The notes: generated from the sequence alone by a model not told the origin. A DNA stretch of 32,000 bases from Candidatus Methanoperedens sp. (GCA_027460535.1 JAPZAR010000009.1:1-32000), one strand, 5' to 3'; counted from the stretch's first letter, positions 17,594-26,278 are shown. Made by a program: numbers and translations.

Positions 17594-17868
17594 CTAATTT
17601 TCTCCATTGCCTTTAACAGGTCATCTCTTCGGGATTCGAGATAATCAAGTTCCATAAAGTCTTCCATCATATCTTCTTCTTTGATCTCCCCCGTTTTTAA
17701 CTTTTCATCCAGTTCAAAAATTGATTTTATCCCATGCTTTGAACCGATCTTGTATATTTCCGCCTCTATATTTCTCAATTCCTTTTCCAGAAAGGTTCTA
17801 ATGCTTTCGATTTCCAATTTTTCCTTGCTTATGTTGAGAACGTGCGCAACATCTTCAATTATTTGCAT
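17572..17868 (-). CDS. Small acidic coiled-coil protein, putative antitoxin partner of the TumE-like gene
   Basis: 98 aa. It overlaps the downstream gene by 22 nt and sits in the antitoxin-first position. No motif was recognised. Confidence 0.35.
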   Translation of the reverse strand: MQIIEDVAHVLNISKEKLEIESIRTFLEKELRNIEAEIYKIGSKHGIKSIFELDEKLKTGEIKEEDMMEDFMELDYLESRRDDLLKAMEKIRWQKSLN

Positions 17869-17956
17869 ATTTCCTCACATTTCTTTTATTATACCTGAGA
17901 TAAACACACATGGATTAAATTATGCATGGATATTATTAATATCTTATTCTGAATTT

Positions 17957-18124
17957 CTGCTCCACCCTCGCCGTGTTCAGCGCGTTTCAGGTTGCGGTCG
18001 AAGTCGTGGCGCATCATGGCAAAGCGCGGAGGCAGCTTCTCTGCCTTGAAGTACTCTGCCAGCGTCATGGTGGGGCGCCACTGTGGAGCAGAGGGAGCGG
18101 AAACTTGAAAGCGTAAAGTTCCAT
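17957..18124 (-). pseudogene. Polysaccharide deacetylase 5' stub copy C (about 56 codons, degraded)
   Basis: Aligns with the 5' parts of copies A and B (..ccgctccctctgctcc.cagtggcgc...gccatgatgcgccacgac..). It carries the same +4 indel state as B plus a further 2-nt deletion. Confidence 0.7.
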
Positions 18125-18269
18125 TATACCATGCAATCTATAACCACCCTTTTCCAAGAGCGATGAAGTCCAATATGCGCGGTATCAATAAAATTATTCA
18201 CTCCTGATGAACCTGTTGCAGCATATGGTCTTGAAAGCATTTTTCTGGTCATAACTCCTGATTGGTATC

Positions 18270-18797
18270 ATGTTCCTCTTCGGGCACCTGGGCGTCACAC
18301 TTGCGCTTTTTTTCATCCTCGGATATCTTGTTCCCGGATTCAGGAACCATATCAATTACTGGTACGTGGCTCTGGGCGCGGTACTGCCGGATATTATTGA
18401 TAAACTGGTCGGAAGAGTTCTTTTCCCGTATTCTCTTGCCAGCGGGCATCTCATTGCCCATACTCTCGCATTCGTTCTTATCCTCGCAGTTGCAGGATTA
18501 ATAAGATTCAGGGATCACGGGGATGCTCGCATCCTTCTCATTTCGGGCGCTTCCCTCCTCCACCTGCTGGAAGACCGCCTCTGGACACAGCCTGCGCTTC
18601 TTCTCTGGCCCCTCTTCGGATGGGGCTTACCGCATGGTACTCCCCCGGATAACTGGATCGATTATTTCACGATCATGTTCAGGAGATCTATACATCCTGA
18701 ATTCTCTTTTGATTTCGTCGCGGAGGCCGTCGGGTTCGCTGTGATAGCGATCTGTGTACTGGCATGCCTCATTTCCCGGAGAAAAGCAAGAAAATAG
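18270..18797 (+). CDS. Membrane-bound metal-dependent hydrolase (DUF457 / YdjM-like)
   Basis: MFLFGHLGVTLALFF...LPDIIDKL...GHLIAHTLAF...LLHLLEDRLW shows a His/Asp-rich pattern within 4-5 TM helices. Confidence 0.55.
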   Translation: MFLFGHLGVTLALFFILGYLVPGFRNHINYWYVALGAVLPDIIDKLVGRVLFPYSLASGHLIAHTLAFVLILAVAGLIRFRDHGDARILLISGASLLHLLEDRLWTQPALLLWPLFGWGLPHGTPPDNWIDYFTIMFRRSIHPEFSFDFVAEAVGFAVIAICVLACLISRRKARK

Positions 18798-18800
18798 CGT

Positions 18801-20306
18801 TTAAACCGTTCCGCTCCTGCTCTTATCAGCCTGCATGTCAAAGAGCATTGCGAACAGAAGGAATTGCAACCCCATGAGATCAATAAATACCGCAAGCAGC
18901 GGGAGGTTCTGGGAGACCGGATTCTGATACAGCTTCTGAACCAATATCCACAGGCTGAGCAGCATTCCTGCAGGCAGAAGTACCATGCTTGCCACATAGA
19001 AGAACACAAGCGGATGGAAATCCAGCACTATGTACTTGGTCTTGAGGCGCCACAGGAACCCCCTGAAGAGCATCGGGGCAACCTTCAGGATGTATCTGCT
19101 GTATTTTATCTTGGATCTCTCCCTCCCGTATCGCGCTGGCATCACCACGTCTTCTACCCTCATCCCGAATGTATTGAGCTTTACAAGCAGATCGTTGCAG
19201 TACCCGTAATAGGGATAGATGGAATCCAGGTTCAGTATCTCAAGCGTCCGCCTGGATATTGCCGTATAGCCGTTCTGGGGGTCCATCACATGCCAGTATC
19301 CTGTCGCTATCTTCGTGATCATCGTAAGCATCGCATTCCCGAAGAACCTCCATTTGCTCATTCCATGGCGGAACTCCTTGCTTATCAGCCGGTTCCCCTT
19401 GGTATAATCGGCCCTTTCCTCTATAATGGGCATGAGCAGGCGGGGAAGCTGCTCGGGGTCCATCTGGTCATCCCCTGCCATGACTGCCACGATGTCCATA
19501 TCATCCTCAAGGGCCAGTTTATAACCCGAGACAATGGCCGCGCCGACACCGCGGTTCTTATCGTGGCGGACAAATACGATCCTGGGGTCGGAGGCGCCCC
19601 CTACGATCTCAGGTGTCCTGTCGGTACTGCAGTCGTCGATCACGTAGATCCTTTTGACGTATTCCGGGATGCCCCGGAGTGTATCTTCTATCAGCAGTTC
19701 TTCATTGAATGCCGGGACCACGACCCCAATATTATAACCTTTGAGCTGGCTGAAATTGGGTTCTTTTCCGGAATATAAGTATTTTATCTTCATCTGGCTC
19801 CTTTCAGCCTGGGATAATATGTTCTTAATAGACGATCCATTTAAGATAGTTAGATCGATCTTGCTTAATGATTTCGCTGAGAGGGCAAGAAATTCTTCTT
19901 TTTTATTGTAAGGTTTATTTCTATTCAGGAAAAAAAGATTTTCATTACCTGAAGATTTATTGCGGGGTATTGAACTGATCACTATATCATAACACTCATT
20001 TTTTATGGCATTGGCCATCTCCGGTATCCTTTCAGGCCTGCCTTCCGCGTCCATGGTGACTATGATATCCGCCCCGTTCACAGCCCCGAACCCCGTCCTC
20101 AGCGCCCATCCCTTTCCCAGGTTCTTTGGATGCCTGATGACCTCTGCTCCTGCAAGCCTTGCCACCTCTGCAGTATTATCCGTGCTGCCGTCGTCGACGA
20201 CTATTACCCTGTCGGCATGCTGTCTTGAGCGCAGCACCATGCTGCCGATAGAGACCTCCTCGTTAAAGGCAGGGAGAATCGCGGTAATCTTTGGTACATT
20301 TTTCAC
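18801..20306 (-). CDS. GT2 glycosyltransferase (dolichyl-phosphate sugar synthase-like, C-terminal TM helices). The annotated ORF fuses an upstream GT2 stub to it.
   Basis: The second half is a complete GT2: VVVPAFNEE...VIDDCSTDRT...NRGVGAAIVSGY...MAGDDQMDP plus two or more C-terminal TM helices. The first 115 or so aa are a second GT2 N-terminus (ILPAFNEE..VVDDGSTDNT..NLGKGWAL..TMDAEG). An internal Met at 19793 would give a 331-aa stand-alone enzyme. Confidence 0.75.
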   Translation of the reverse strand: MKNVPKITAILPAFNEEVSIGSMVLRSRQHADRVIVVDDGSTDNTAEVARLAGAEVIRHPKNLGKGWALRTGFGAVNGADIIVTMDAEGRPERIPEMANAIKNECYDIVISSIPRNKSSGNENLFFLNRNKPYNKKEEFLALSAKSLSKIDLTILNGSSIKNILSQAERSQMKIKYLYSGKEPNFSQLKGYNIGVVVPAFNEELLIEDTLRGIPEYVKRIYVIDDCSTDRTPEIVGGASDPRIVFVRHDKNRGVGAAIVSGYKLALEDDMDIVAVMAGDDQMDPEQLPRLLMPIIEERADYTKGNRLISKEFRHGMSKWRFFGNAMLTMITKIATGYWHVMDPQNGYTAISRRTLEILNLDSIYPYYGYCNDLLVKLNTFGMRVEDVVMPARYGRERSKIKYSRYILKVAPMLFRGFLWRLKTKYIVLDFHPLVFFYVASMVLLPAGMLLSLWILVQKLYQNPVSQNLPLLAVFIDLMGLQFLLFAMLFDMQADKSRSGTV

Positions 20307-20436
20307 AAGGTTATCCCTCTTAATATTTATTTATCCAAAAGTATTTAGGGTTATCTCTAGATGTGATTTTGGACATTTACCTGGTTTACTTATAATGCAC
20401 TATGCCTATAGCTTCCGGTTTACCGGCTCAATTTTA

Positions 20437-21711
20437 TTATGTCCCCCTTATCAATTCGGCAGGTTTCATCCGGCTTATCTGCATTACGGCAAGGAAGCTC
20501 GTCAGGAGTCCTGTGATGATCGCGACGGCCATGCCCATGTAAATATAGGTATTATCGATCAGTACAAGGTTATTGAATCCCGCCACTTTATAGACGATCA
20601 TGTTCAGCATCCCTGAAAGTGGAATGCTGAGCAAAACTCCCGTGATCCCGCCAATTATGCATACCAGGAAGCCTTCGGATCCCACAAACTTGAATATGGA
20701 CCACCGCATGAAACCCATTACCTTTAAGATACCTATCTCGTTCTTTCTTTCGTTCAGGGACAAAAGCACCGTGTTCACCATGAGAATGGCTCCCATGATC
20801 ACTGCCAGGACAACGATAGAAAATGCGCTTGCCAGTATAGGGAAATTCTGCTTCACTATCTTTTTCAGGAGATTCAGGTTCGTGCTCACGGTATAGTCCG
20901 GGTATTGTGCCTCCAGTTGTTTCTGCGTATCTTCGGCTTTGGTAGGGTCTTTCAGCCTGAGCATTATGAGATTCACGGTATCATAATAATTGTTCCCGGA
21001 AATGTCCTGAAGCTCTGAGAGGTAAAAAACGAGCATGGGGCCTGAGCTGAAGCTTGACATCGAATTGGTAAGCCCGACTACCTTGAATTTCTGTTTGCGC
21101 GCCTCTATGACCGTTTTTCCGATATTAAGAGTATCGCCGATATTTGCTCCCAGGAGCTTTGCAGCCCTTTCATCCAGCAGTATTTCACTTACCCAGGGAC
21201 CGCTATACAGCCCTTTGTTGTAATGCGTATCGCCTGTGAGACCTTCCCCCTGCAGAATTGAGACAAAACTGCCGCTGGTTTCTTCGATCCCAAGACCGAA
21301 TACAGCTTTCGGTTCTGCCCCTTCCCTGTAAGCATACACTATCTCGGTCAGCACGGGAATCGCTCTTTTAATATTGCTGTTCTTTAAAAGCTCCTTCTCA
21401 AGATTATGGGCATCTGCTATTTTTCCTTCCGTACCGCCGGAGTACTGCGACTCAAGATCAAGGGCCTTGCCGGTCATCCACATCTGCATGCTGCTCTTTT
21501 CAAGGGTCTTTTCACCTGTTATAAGGAGCCCGTTGCCAATAGAACCCAGAAGTATAATGGAAATTACGGCTATAGCTATGCCTGCTATCGAAAGTAATGT
21601 CCTGAACCTGTTATATGCAAGGTTCCGAAGCGCGATCATACAGCGATGCAACGCTTGCATTGCAGATATTTTTATGCATTCTTTGAGAAAGTTATAATAT
21701 CCTGGAAGCAT
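20437..21711 (-). CDS. ABC transporter permease, FtsX/MacB type. The true start is probably an internal Met, e.g. MIALRNL at about 21639.
   Basis: IALRNLAYNRFRTLLSIAGIAIAV (TM1), a roughly 230-aa extracytoplasmic domain, and a C-terminal FtsX module (ERKNEIGILKVMGFMRWSIFKFV...). Confidence 0.85.
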   Translation of the reverse strand: MLPGYYNFLKECIKISAMQALHRCMIALRNLAYNRFRTLLSIAGIAIAVISIILLGSIGNGLLITGEKTLEKSSMQMWMTGKALDLESQYSGGTEGKIADAHNLEKELLKNSNIKRAIPVLTEIVYAYREGAEPKAVFGLGIEETSGSFVSILQGEGLTGDTHYNKGLYSGPWVSEILLDERAAKLLGANIGDTLNIGKTVIEARKQKFKVVGLTNSMSSFSSGPMLVFYLSELQDISGNNYYDTVNLIMLRLKDPTKAEDTQKQLEAQYPDYTVSTNLNLLKKIVKQNFPILASAFSIVVLAVIMGAILMVNTVLLSLNERKNEIGILKVMGFMRWSIFKFVGSEGFLVCIIGGITGVLLSIPLSGMLNMIVYKVAGFNNLVLIDNTYIYMGMAVAIITGLLTSFLAVMQISRMKPAELIRGT

Positions 21712-21722
21712 ATCCCACTACA

Positions 21723-21989
21723 ATGGTATCGATCCCAAGACAGCACAGATTCGTGTATCTCCTCTCTGCATGGATGTTCATGGTGCTCTTCTTCCTTATA
21801 ATAGTCAACAGTCTGGACATTGAGATATTTTTTGTCTTGAACCTGATAGGCTTCCTCGTGCTTGTTGAAATCACCGCGCCGTTCAATTTCAAGCCCGAAT
21901 GGAAACAGAGGTTGAAATGGGTGGTGCTGATCGGGGCAATAGGCTTCTCGATCATAGTTGCAGAAAAAGTATTGAAGATAATCGGATAA
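21723..21989 (+). CDS. Small membrane protein (hydrophobic, about 2-3 predicted TM helices), first gene of the MoxR operon
   Basis: 88 aa and hydrophobic. Its stop is 4 nt before the next start. Confidence 0.4.
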   Translation: MVSIPRQHRFVYLLSAWMFMVLFFLIIVNSLDIEIFFVLNLIGFLVLVEITAPFNFKPEWKQRLKWVVLIGAIGFSIIVAEKVLKIIG

Positions 21990-21993
21990 TCCT

Positions 21994-24339
21994 ATGGGAA
22001 ATGTGAAGAGGTCAGGTAAGATCCTGATACTGCGCTCAAACCTTCTACTGATCTTAATTATTCTTGGAATGATAGCGGCTGCTTCCGGGGGCTTACCCTC
22101 TCATATAAACCCGAGCAACGTCACGGTCTCGAATTCAAACCTCCTTGCGCAGCAGTTGTCGATCATCAATGAACTTCTTCTCTACAGGTCAGAGATTTTC
22201 ATATCACTGAACAAGGGCAATATCAAGGATGCCAAAGAGAATTTTGATGAATATCTGCGCTTACTTCGAGAGAATGACAATATTTTAGTTCAGATTGACG
22301 GCGACGTGTACGGGGAGTTAAAAGGAAGCGCAGGTTCATTGAATTTAAGCACCGAAGATGTAAATCGGTTGCGTGCTCTCTATGATGAAGGGAAAGCTGC
22401 ATATGAGAACAACCAGACTGATAAAGCTATCCAGATAGCCATCAGTGCCAGGGAGGTCATCGGGAACCTGAGTTCTTTGCAGCAGGCACAGATCATGGAC
22501 GCAGTCGCACGGTTTCCCGGTGTGAATATCACTCGATACGAGACCGGATTATCTACCTTCAATAATACCATTAAAGAGATCCAGAAAAGATGGCGCCCCG
22601 TTGAGTTAACCCTTTTCGACGACACCGTTACAAAGCTTTCGGTCGCTCCTCCGGGCGGCGAATTCGGGGATACGATAAGTATCACCGGGAACCTGACCCT
22701 GCCAAGAAATGGTTCAGGCGTTCCCGATGCAACAATGGCCGTGAAATTAGATAATGAGACTTTTACCAGTCTCACCACTGATAAAAAAGGCAAATACAAC
22801 TATACATTCAAAATACCCGGTGCAAAACCCGGAAACCATACCGTCTATGCAGAGTTCGTACCTTATGATGAGCCTCTGTTATCATCTGCAGCTAAGAGCA
22901 CTTTTTTCATCCAGCCATCGGTTACTGGCATAACAATCGATGCAAAACCAGAATATGGAGAATTTGGAGACATTCTGCGCCTGAGAGGAAATCTGACAGC
23001 AAAAAATGCGTCCCGGGTGGCTGAGGCAAGCATTATGATCTCCATAGATAACGGCACCATAGTAAACGTGAAAACCGACAATAATGGAACATATAGATAC
23101 GATTTCAAAATTTCGATGATTAGGGGAGGCAAGCATACGGTGCGTGCAGATTTCAATTCATCTGATCCACTGCTTCTTGGAGCAACCAATATGACCACAA
23201 TAAATGTGATTGCAGCCGACACCATGCTTAGCGTTAATTCAAATGCAAATTATTTGGTGTTTGGTGATTTCCTGTCGATCTCAGGAAATCTTCTCACTAG
23301 GAATGCATCCGGCATATCAGATGCAGATATTGTTATCTCGATCGATAACCAGACATTCACGAATGTGAAAACTGATGAAGATGGTTCATATAAGTACAAT
23401 TTTACAGTTCCCAATATAAAAAACGGGGTGCATAGAATTGGTTCGGATTTCATCCCATCTGCTCAGCCGCTCATACGATCAGGAAATGCAACTGAGATAG
23501 AAGTGATGCAGACAAATACCACGCTTTCAATAGCGGGGCCCAAGATGGTTTATCAGAATGATTATTTGAATATTACAGGGAATCTTTTGACCTCTAAGAA
23601 TCGTAGAGTTCCTGCTTCCAATATTTCAGTCCAGTTCGATTCGAGGGAAATCGGCACAGCAATTGTAAATAATGGGAACTTTTCTTTTAGTTACTGGATG
23701 GCAAAAAATGTGAGTCTTGGGAATCATCTCATTATGATCAGATTTAATGGAGAATCCTCGTTATTACCCTCTGAAAATTCAATGCCAGTTGAGATAAAGA
23801 CTAATCCTGTATTCTATAAAAATATCATATTCCTGATGCTCGCACTGGCCGTACTTTCAGGTATCCTCTACCTGGGAAAGGAAAAAGTTCGCATACCTCA
23901 GATTGAAGCCCTTGTTTCTTCGATTAGAGCAAGGTTCGGCAAATCTGAGAAAATCGAAGAGCCATCGATCGCAACTGAACCTGTAAAAGAAGAAATTGAA
24001 CAGGAAGAGCCTCGTGCAAAGGTACAGCAGGAGGAGATATTGGCTCATCTGGACAACCTTATCAGGCAAAGGTGGTACAGGGAATCCATCTCAATTTCTT
24101 TCAAGAGCGCGAAAGACTGCATTTCGGCAGTTTCAGGGATCAAGGTCACGCAGCAGCAAACCCCCAGGGAGTTCTATGACCTTGTAAAAAAAAGCGCGCT
24201 TGAATACGCCAATGAGTTCAAGGAACTGACCGAAGTCTATGAGCTCGCCATGTACAGCAGCAATAAAATGAATGAAGATATGGCTTTGAAAACTTTGGAT
24301 CTGCTTAAAAAAATTTATAAAATATCAAAAAATGAATAA
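21994..24339 (+). CDS. Surface protein: N-terminal anchor/signal, helical region, four Ig-like repeats, a TM helix, and a cytoplasmic DUF4129-like tail
   Basis: Four repeats of about 98 aa. TM helix IIFLMLALAVLSGILYLG. C-terminal QQQTPREFYDLVKKSALEYANEFKELTEVYELAMYS resembles DUF4129. Many N-x-S/T sequons. Confidence 0.7.
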   Translation: MGNVKRSGKILILRSNLLLILIILGMIAAASGGLPSHINPSNVTVSNSNLLAQQLSIINELLLYRSEIFISLNKGNIKDAKENFDEYLRLLRENDNILVQIDGDVYGELKGSAGSLNLSTEDVNRLRALYDEGKAAYENNQTDKAIQIAISAREVIGNLSSLQQAQIMDAVARFPGVNITRYETGLSTFNNTIKEIQKRWRPVELTLFDDTVTKLSVAPPGGEFGDTISITGNLTLPRNGSGVPDATMAVKLDNETFTSLTTDKKGKYNYTFKIPGAKPGNHTVYAEFVPYDEPLLSSAAKSTFFIQPSVTGITIDAKPEYGEFGDILRLRGNLTAKNASRVAEASIMISIDNGTIVNVKTDNNGTYRYDFKISMIRGGKHTVRADFNSSDPLLLGATNMTTINVIAADTMLSVNSNANYLVFGDFLSISGNLLTRNASGISDADIVISIDNQTFTNVKTDEDGSYKYNFTVPNIKNGVHRIGSDFIPSAQPLIRSGNATEIEVMQTNTTLSIAGPKMVYQNDYLNITGNLLTSKNRRVPASNISVQFDSREIGTAIVNNGNFSFSYWMAKNVSLGNHLIMIRFNGESSLLPSENSMPVEIKTNPVFYKNIIFLMLALAVLSGILYLGKEKVRIPQIEALVSSIRARFGKSEKIEEPSIATEPVKEEIEQEEPRAKVQQEEILAHLDNLIRQRWYRESISISFKSAKDCISAVSGIKVTQQQTPREFYDLVKKSALEYANEFKELTEVYELAMYSSNKMNEDMALKTLDLLKKIYKISKNE
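22624..23799 (+). repeat. Four tandem repeats of about 98 codons (Ig-like modules) inside the 781-aa protein
   Basis: Recurring pattern: GD.L.I.GNLT..NASGV.DA.I.I.IDN.TF.NVKTD..G.Y.Y.F..P....G.H.V.A.F. Confidence 0.7.
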
Positions 24340-25330
24340 AATAAACGGAAAAATATTGATCTTGGTCGTATCTGTCCTGTTGCTCATAGCCTTCTTCAGG
24401 TTCTCCGAGAATGGCGAAGACTTCAGCACCTACAATCCTGATTGGAATGGAGCCACGAAGATCAAAGATCTCATATCTGAGAACCATACGGTAATCTCAA
24501 TGCCTGCCCGCCAGGACCTCACCTTATTGAAACCCAATGGATCGGCGCTTGTTGTTCTTGGGCCGAGAAGCAATTTTTCAGAAAAGGACATAGAGATCAT
24601 TCAAAAATTTGTAAGGTCGGGCGGGCTCCTTGTTCTCTCAGATGACTTTGGCACAGGGAACCAGCTCCTCAACAGATTAACTACGTCCGTATCCTTTTCC
24701 GGCCTGCTGCTCCAGGATGACGTGAGTTTCTGGAAAAACTCCACACTGGCAGTGGTAAAAGCGAACATCGAAAATGTGAGCAACATCACCTTGAATTATC
24801 CTACATCCCTTGTGATCACGAATGGATCTATCAGCGTGCTTGCAAATACAAGCCGATTCAGCTGGCTTTCAAAGAACGACTCCAGATGGGCGCAATCAGA
24901 TCGCGAAAGGGAAAGTTATCCGGTAATAGCGGATCTCGCCTTCGGGCAGGGAAAGATCGTTGTGATATCAGACCCAAGTATTTTCATTAACAGTATGCTT
25001 CCAATGCAGGACAACAGGCTACTCCTTGGGAAACTTGTTGAGGAAAGACCATTCGTGGGCTTTGACGAAACCGTACGCATGCCGCCTATACCGGCTTTTA
25101 ATTACATGATACGAAACAATCCCTCCTTTCAGTACCTGTTTGCAGCAGTAGTTATATCCCTGGCATTTATATATATGAAAAGAGACGAGATTAGTAAGCT
25201 TAAAACCAAAACCACAAAATACAGGTTTGATCCGGATGAAGATACCATTATTTCAGAAATATTGAGCAGGAAGAACTGGGATAAACGAAGGTTCATGCTT
25301 TTTAGAAACAGGATCCGAGGAAATAAATAA
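24332..25330 (+). CDS. DUF4350-like membrane protein
   Basis: N-terminal TM, FSTYNPDWNGATKIKDL, VLSDDFGTGNQLL, ISDPSIFIN and a C-terminal TM. It overlaps the upstream gene by 8 nt and occupies the usual position before MoxR. Confidence 0.6.
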   Translation: MNKINGKILILVVSVLLLIAFFRFSENGEDFSTYNPDWNGATKIKDLISENHTVISMPARQDLTLLKPNGSALVVLGPRSNFSEKDIEIIQKFVRSGGLLVLSDDFGTGNQLLNRLTTSVSFSGLLLQDDVSFWKNSTLAVVKANIENVSNITLNYPTSLVITNGSISVLANTSRFSWLSKNDSRWAQSDRERESYPVIADLAFGQGKIVVISDPSIFINSMLPMQDNRLLLGKLVEERPFVGFDETVRMPPIPAFNYMIRNNPSFQYLFAAVVISLAFIYMKRDEISKLKTKTTKYRFDPDEDTIISEILSRKNWDKRRFMLFRNRIRGNK

Positions 25331-26278
25331 ATGAACACGGGAACTAAGTTCATAGAGATACAGCGCACCGCCAAGGCGATCTTTAATGAAGTGAATAAGA
25401 TCATCGTGGGGAAAAACGACCTGATCGATCACCTTATCATAAGTCTTCTCTCAGAGGGCAACATTCTGATGGAAGGTTATCCCGGCGTTGCGAAAACGAC
25501 TATTGCAAAAACATTTGCATCGGCACTTGGCTGTGATTTCAAGAGGATACAGTTCACGCCCGATATCATGCCTGCGGACATTACAGGCACATACATATAC
25601 AATCAAAAGACCGGCACCTTTGAGCTGCGGAAAGGACCTGTGTTCGCCAATATCGTACTGGCGGATGAGATCAACCGGACATCGCCTAAATCCCAATCCG
25701 CGCTTCTTGAATGTATGGAAGAGCGCCAGGTCACGCTTGAAGGGAAGACCATCCCTGTCCCGAGGCCTTATATGGTCATAGCCACGCAGAATCCCATAGA
25801 TCTTGAAGGTACATACCCGCTTCCAGAGGTACAGATAGACAGGTTCCTGTTCAAGCTTGAGGTGAAATACCCTGATGAAAAAGAAGAGCTTGAAATACTG
25901 GTGCGCAAGGACAAGGATTTATTCAATGAAATTAAGAAAGTCAGTTCCCCTGCTGAGATCACTGGATTGATAAATGCCGTGAAAAAGGTGTACATAGACG
26001 AGAAAGTTTTGATCTACATCCGGAACCTTGTGTTGAAAACGAGAAATAATAAAGATCTTCTGATCGGAGCAAGCCCCAGGGCATCCATTGCCCTTTTAAA
26101 TGCCTCAAAATCCTTAGCTGCGATCCAGGGCAGGTCGTACGTTATCCCGGACGACGTTAAGCATCTTCTCCCTGCTGTACTCCGGCACCGCCTCATACTT
26201 TCCCCGGAATCGGAGTTTGGCGGAGTCTCAGTTAACGACGTTATTCAGGACGCTTTAGACAGTGTGGAAGTCTTGTAA
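25331..26278 (+). CDS. MoxR-family AAA+ ATPase
   Basis: Walker A is MEGYPGVAKTT, Walker B is IVLADEINRTSPKSQSALLECMEERQVT, followed by ATQNPIDLEGTYPLPEVQIDRF. The start directly abuts the upstream stop. Confidence 0.92.
   Translation: MNTGTKFIEIQRTAKAIFNEVNKIIVGKNDLIDHLIISLLSEGNILMEGYPGVAKTTIAKTFASALGCDFKRIQFTPDIMPADITGTYIYNQKTGTFELRKGPVFANIVLADEINRTSPKSQSALLECMEERQVTLEGKTIPVPRPYMVIATQNPIDLEGTYPLPEVQIDRFLFKLEVKYPDEKEELEILVRKDKDLFNEIKKVSSPAEITGLINAVKKVYIDEKVLIYIRNLVLKTRNNKDLLIGASPRASIALLNASKSLAAIQGRSYVIPDDVKHLLPAVLRHRLILSPESEFGGVSVNDVIQDALDSVEVL

Noticed and set aside
15484-18130. Integron-like cassette array with attC sites between TA cassettes
   Set aside because: The separators are 168-402 bp, about 85-90% identical coding fragments of one gene. 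They are not short imperfect-palindrome attC elements, and no integrase is present in the window.
18795-18803. Convergent gene ends separated by 3 nt (DUF457 / GT2), and a 14-nt convergent overlap at 28454..28467, as possible regulatory antisense arrangements
   Set aside because: Tight convergent packing is common in compact archaeal genomes, and there is no additional structure to support a specific mechanism.
18864-20616. Long plus-strand ORFs 18864..19778 (304 aa) and 20005..20616 (203 aa)
   Set aside because: They are antisense to the GT2 gene, whose minus-strand frame carries clear GT2 motifs. GC-rich antisense frames commonly stay open, and their composition is low-complexity and Pro/Arg/His-rich.
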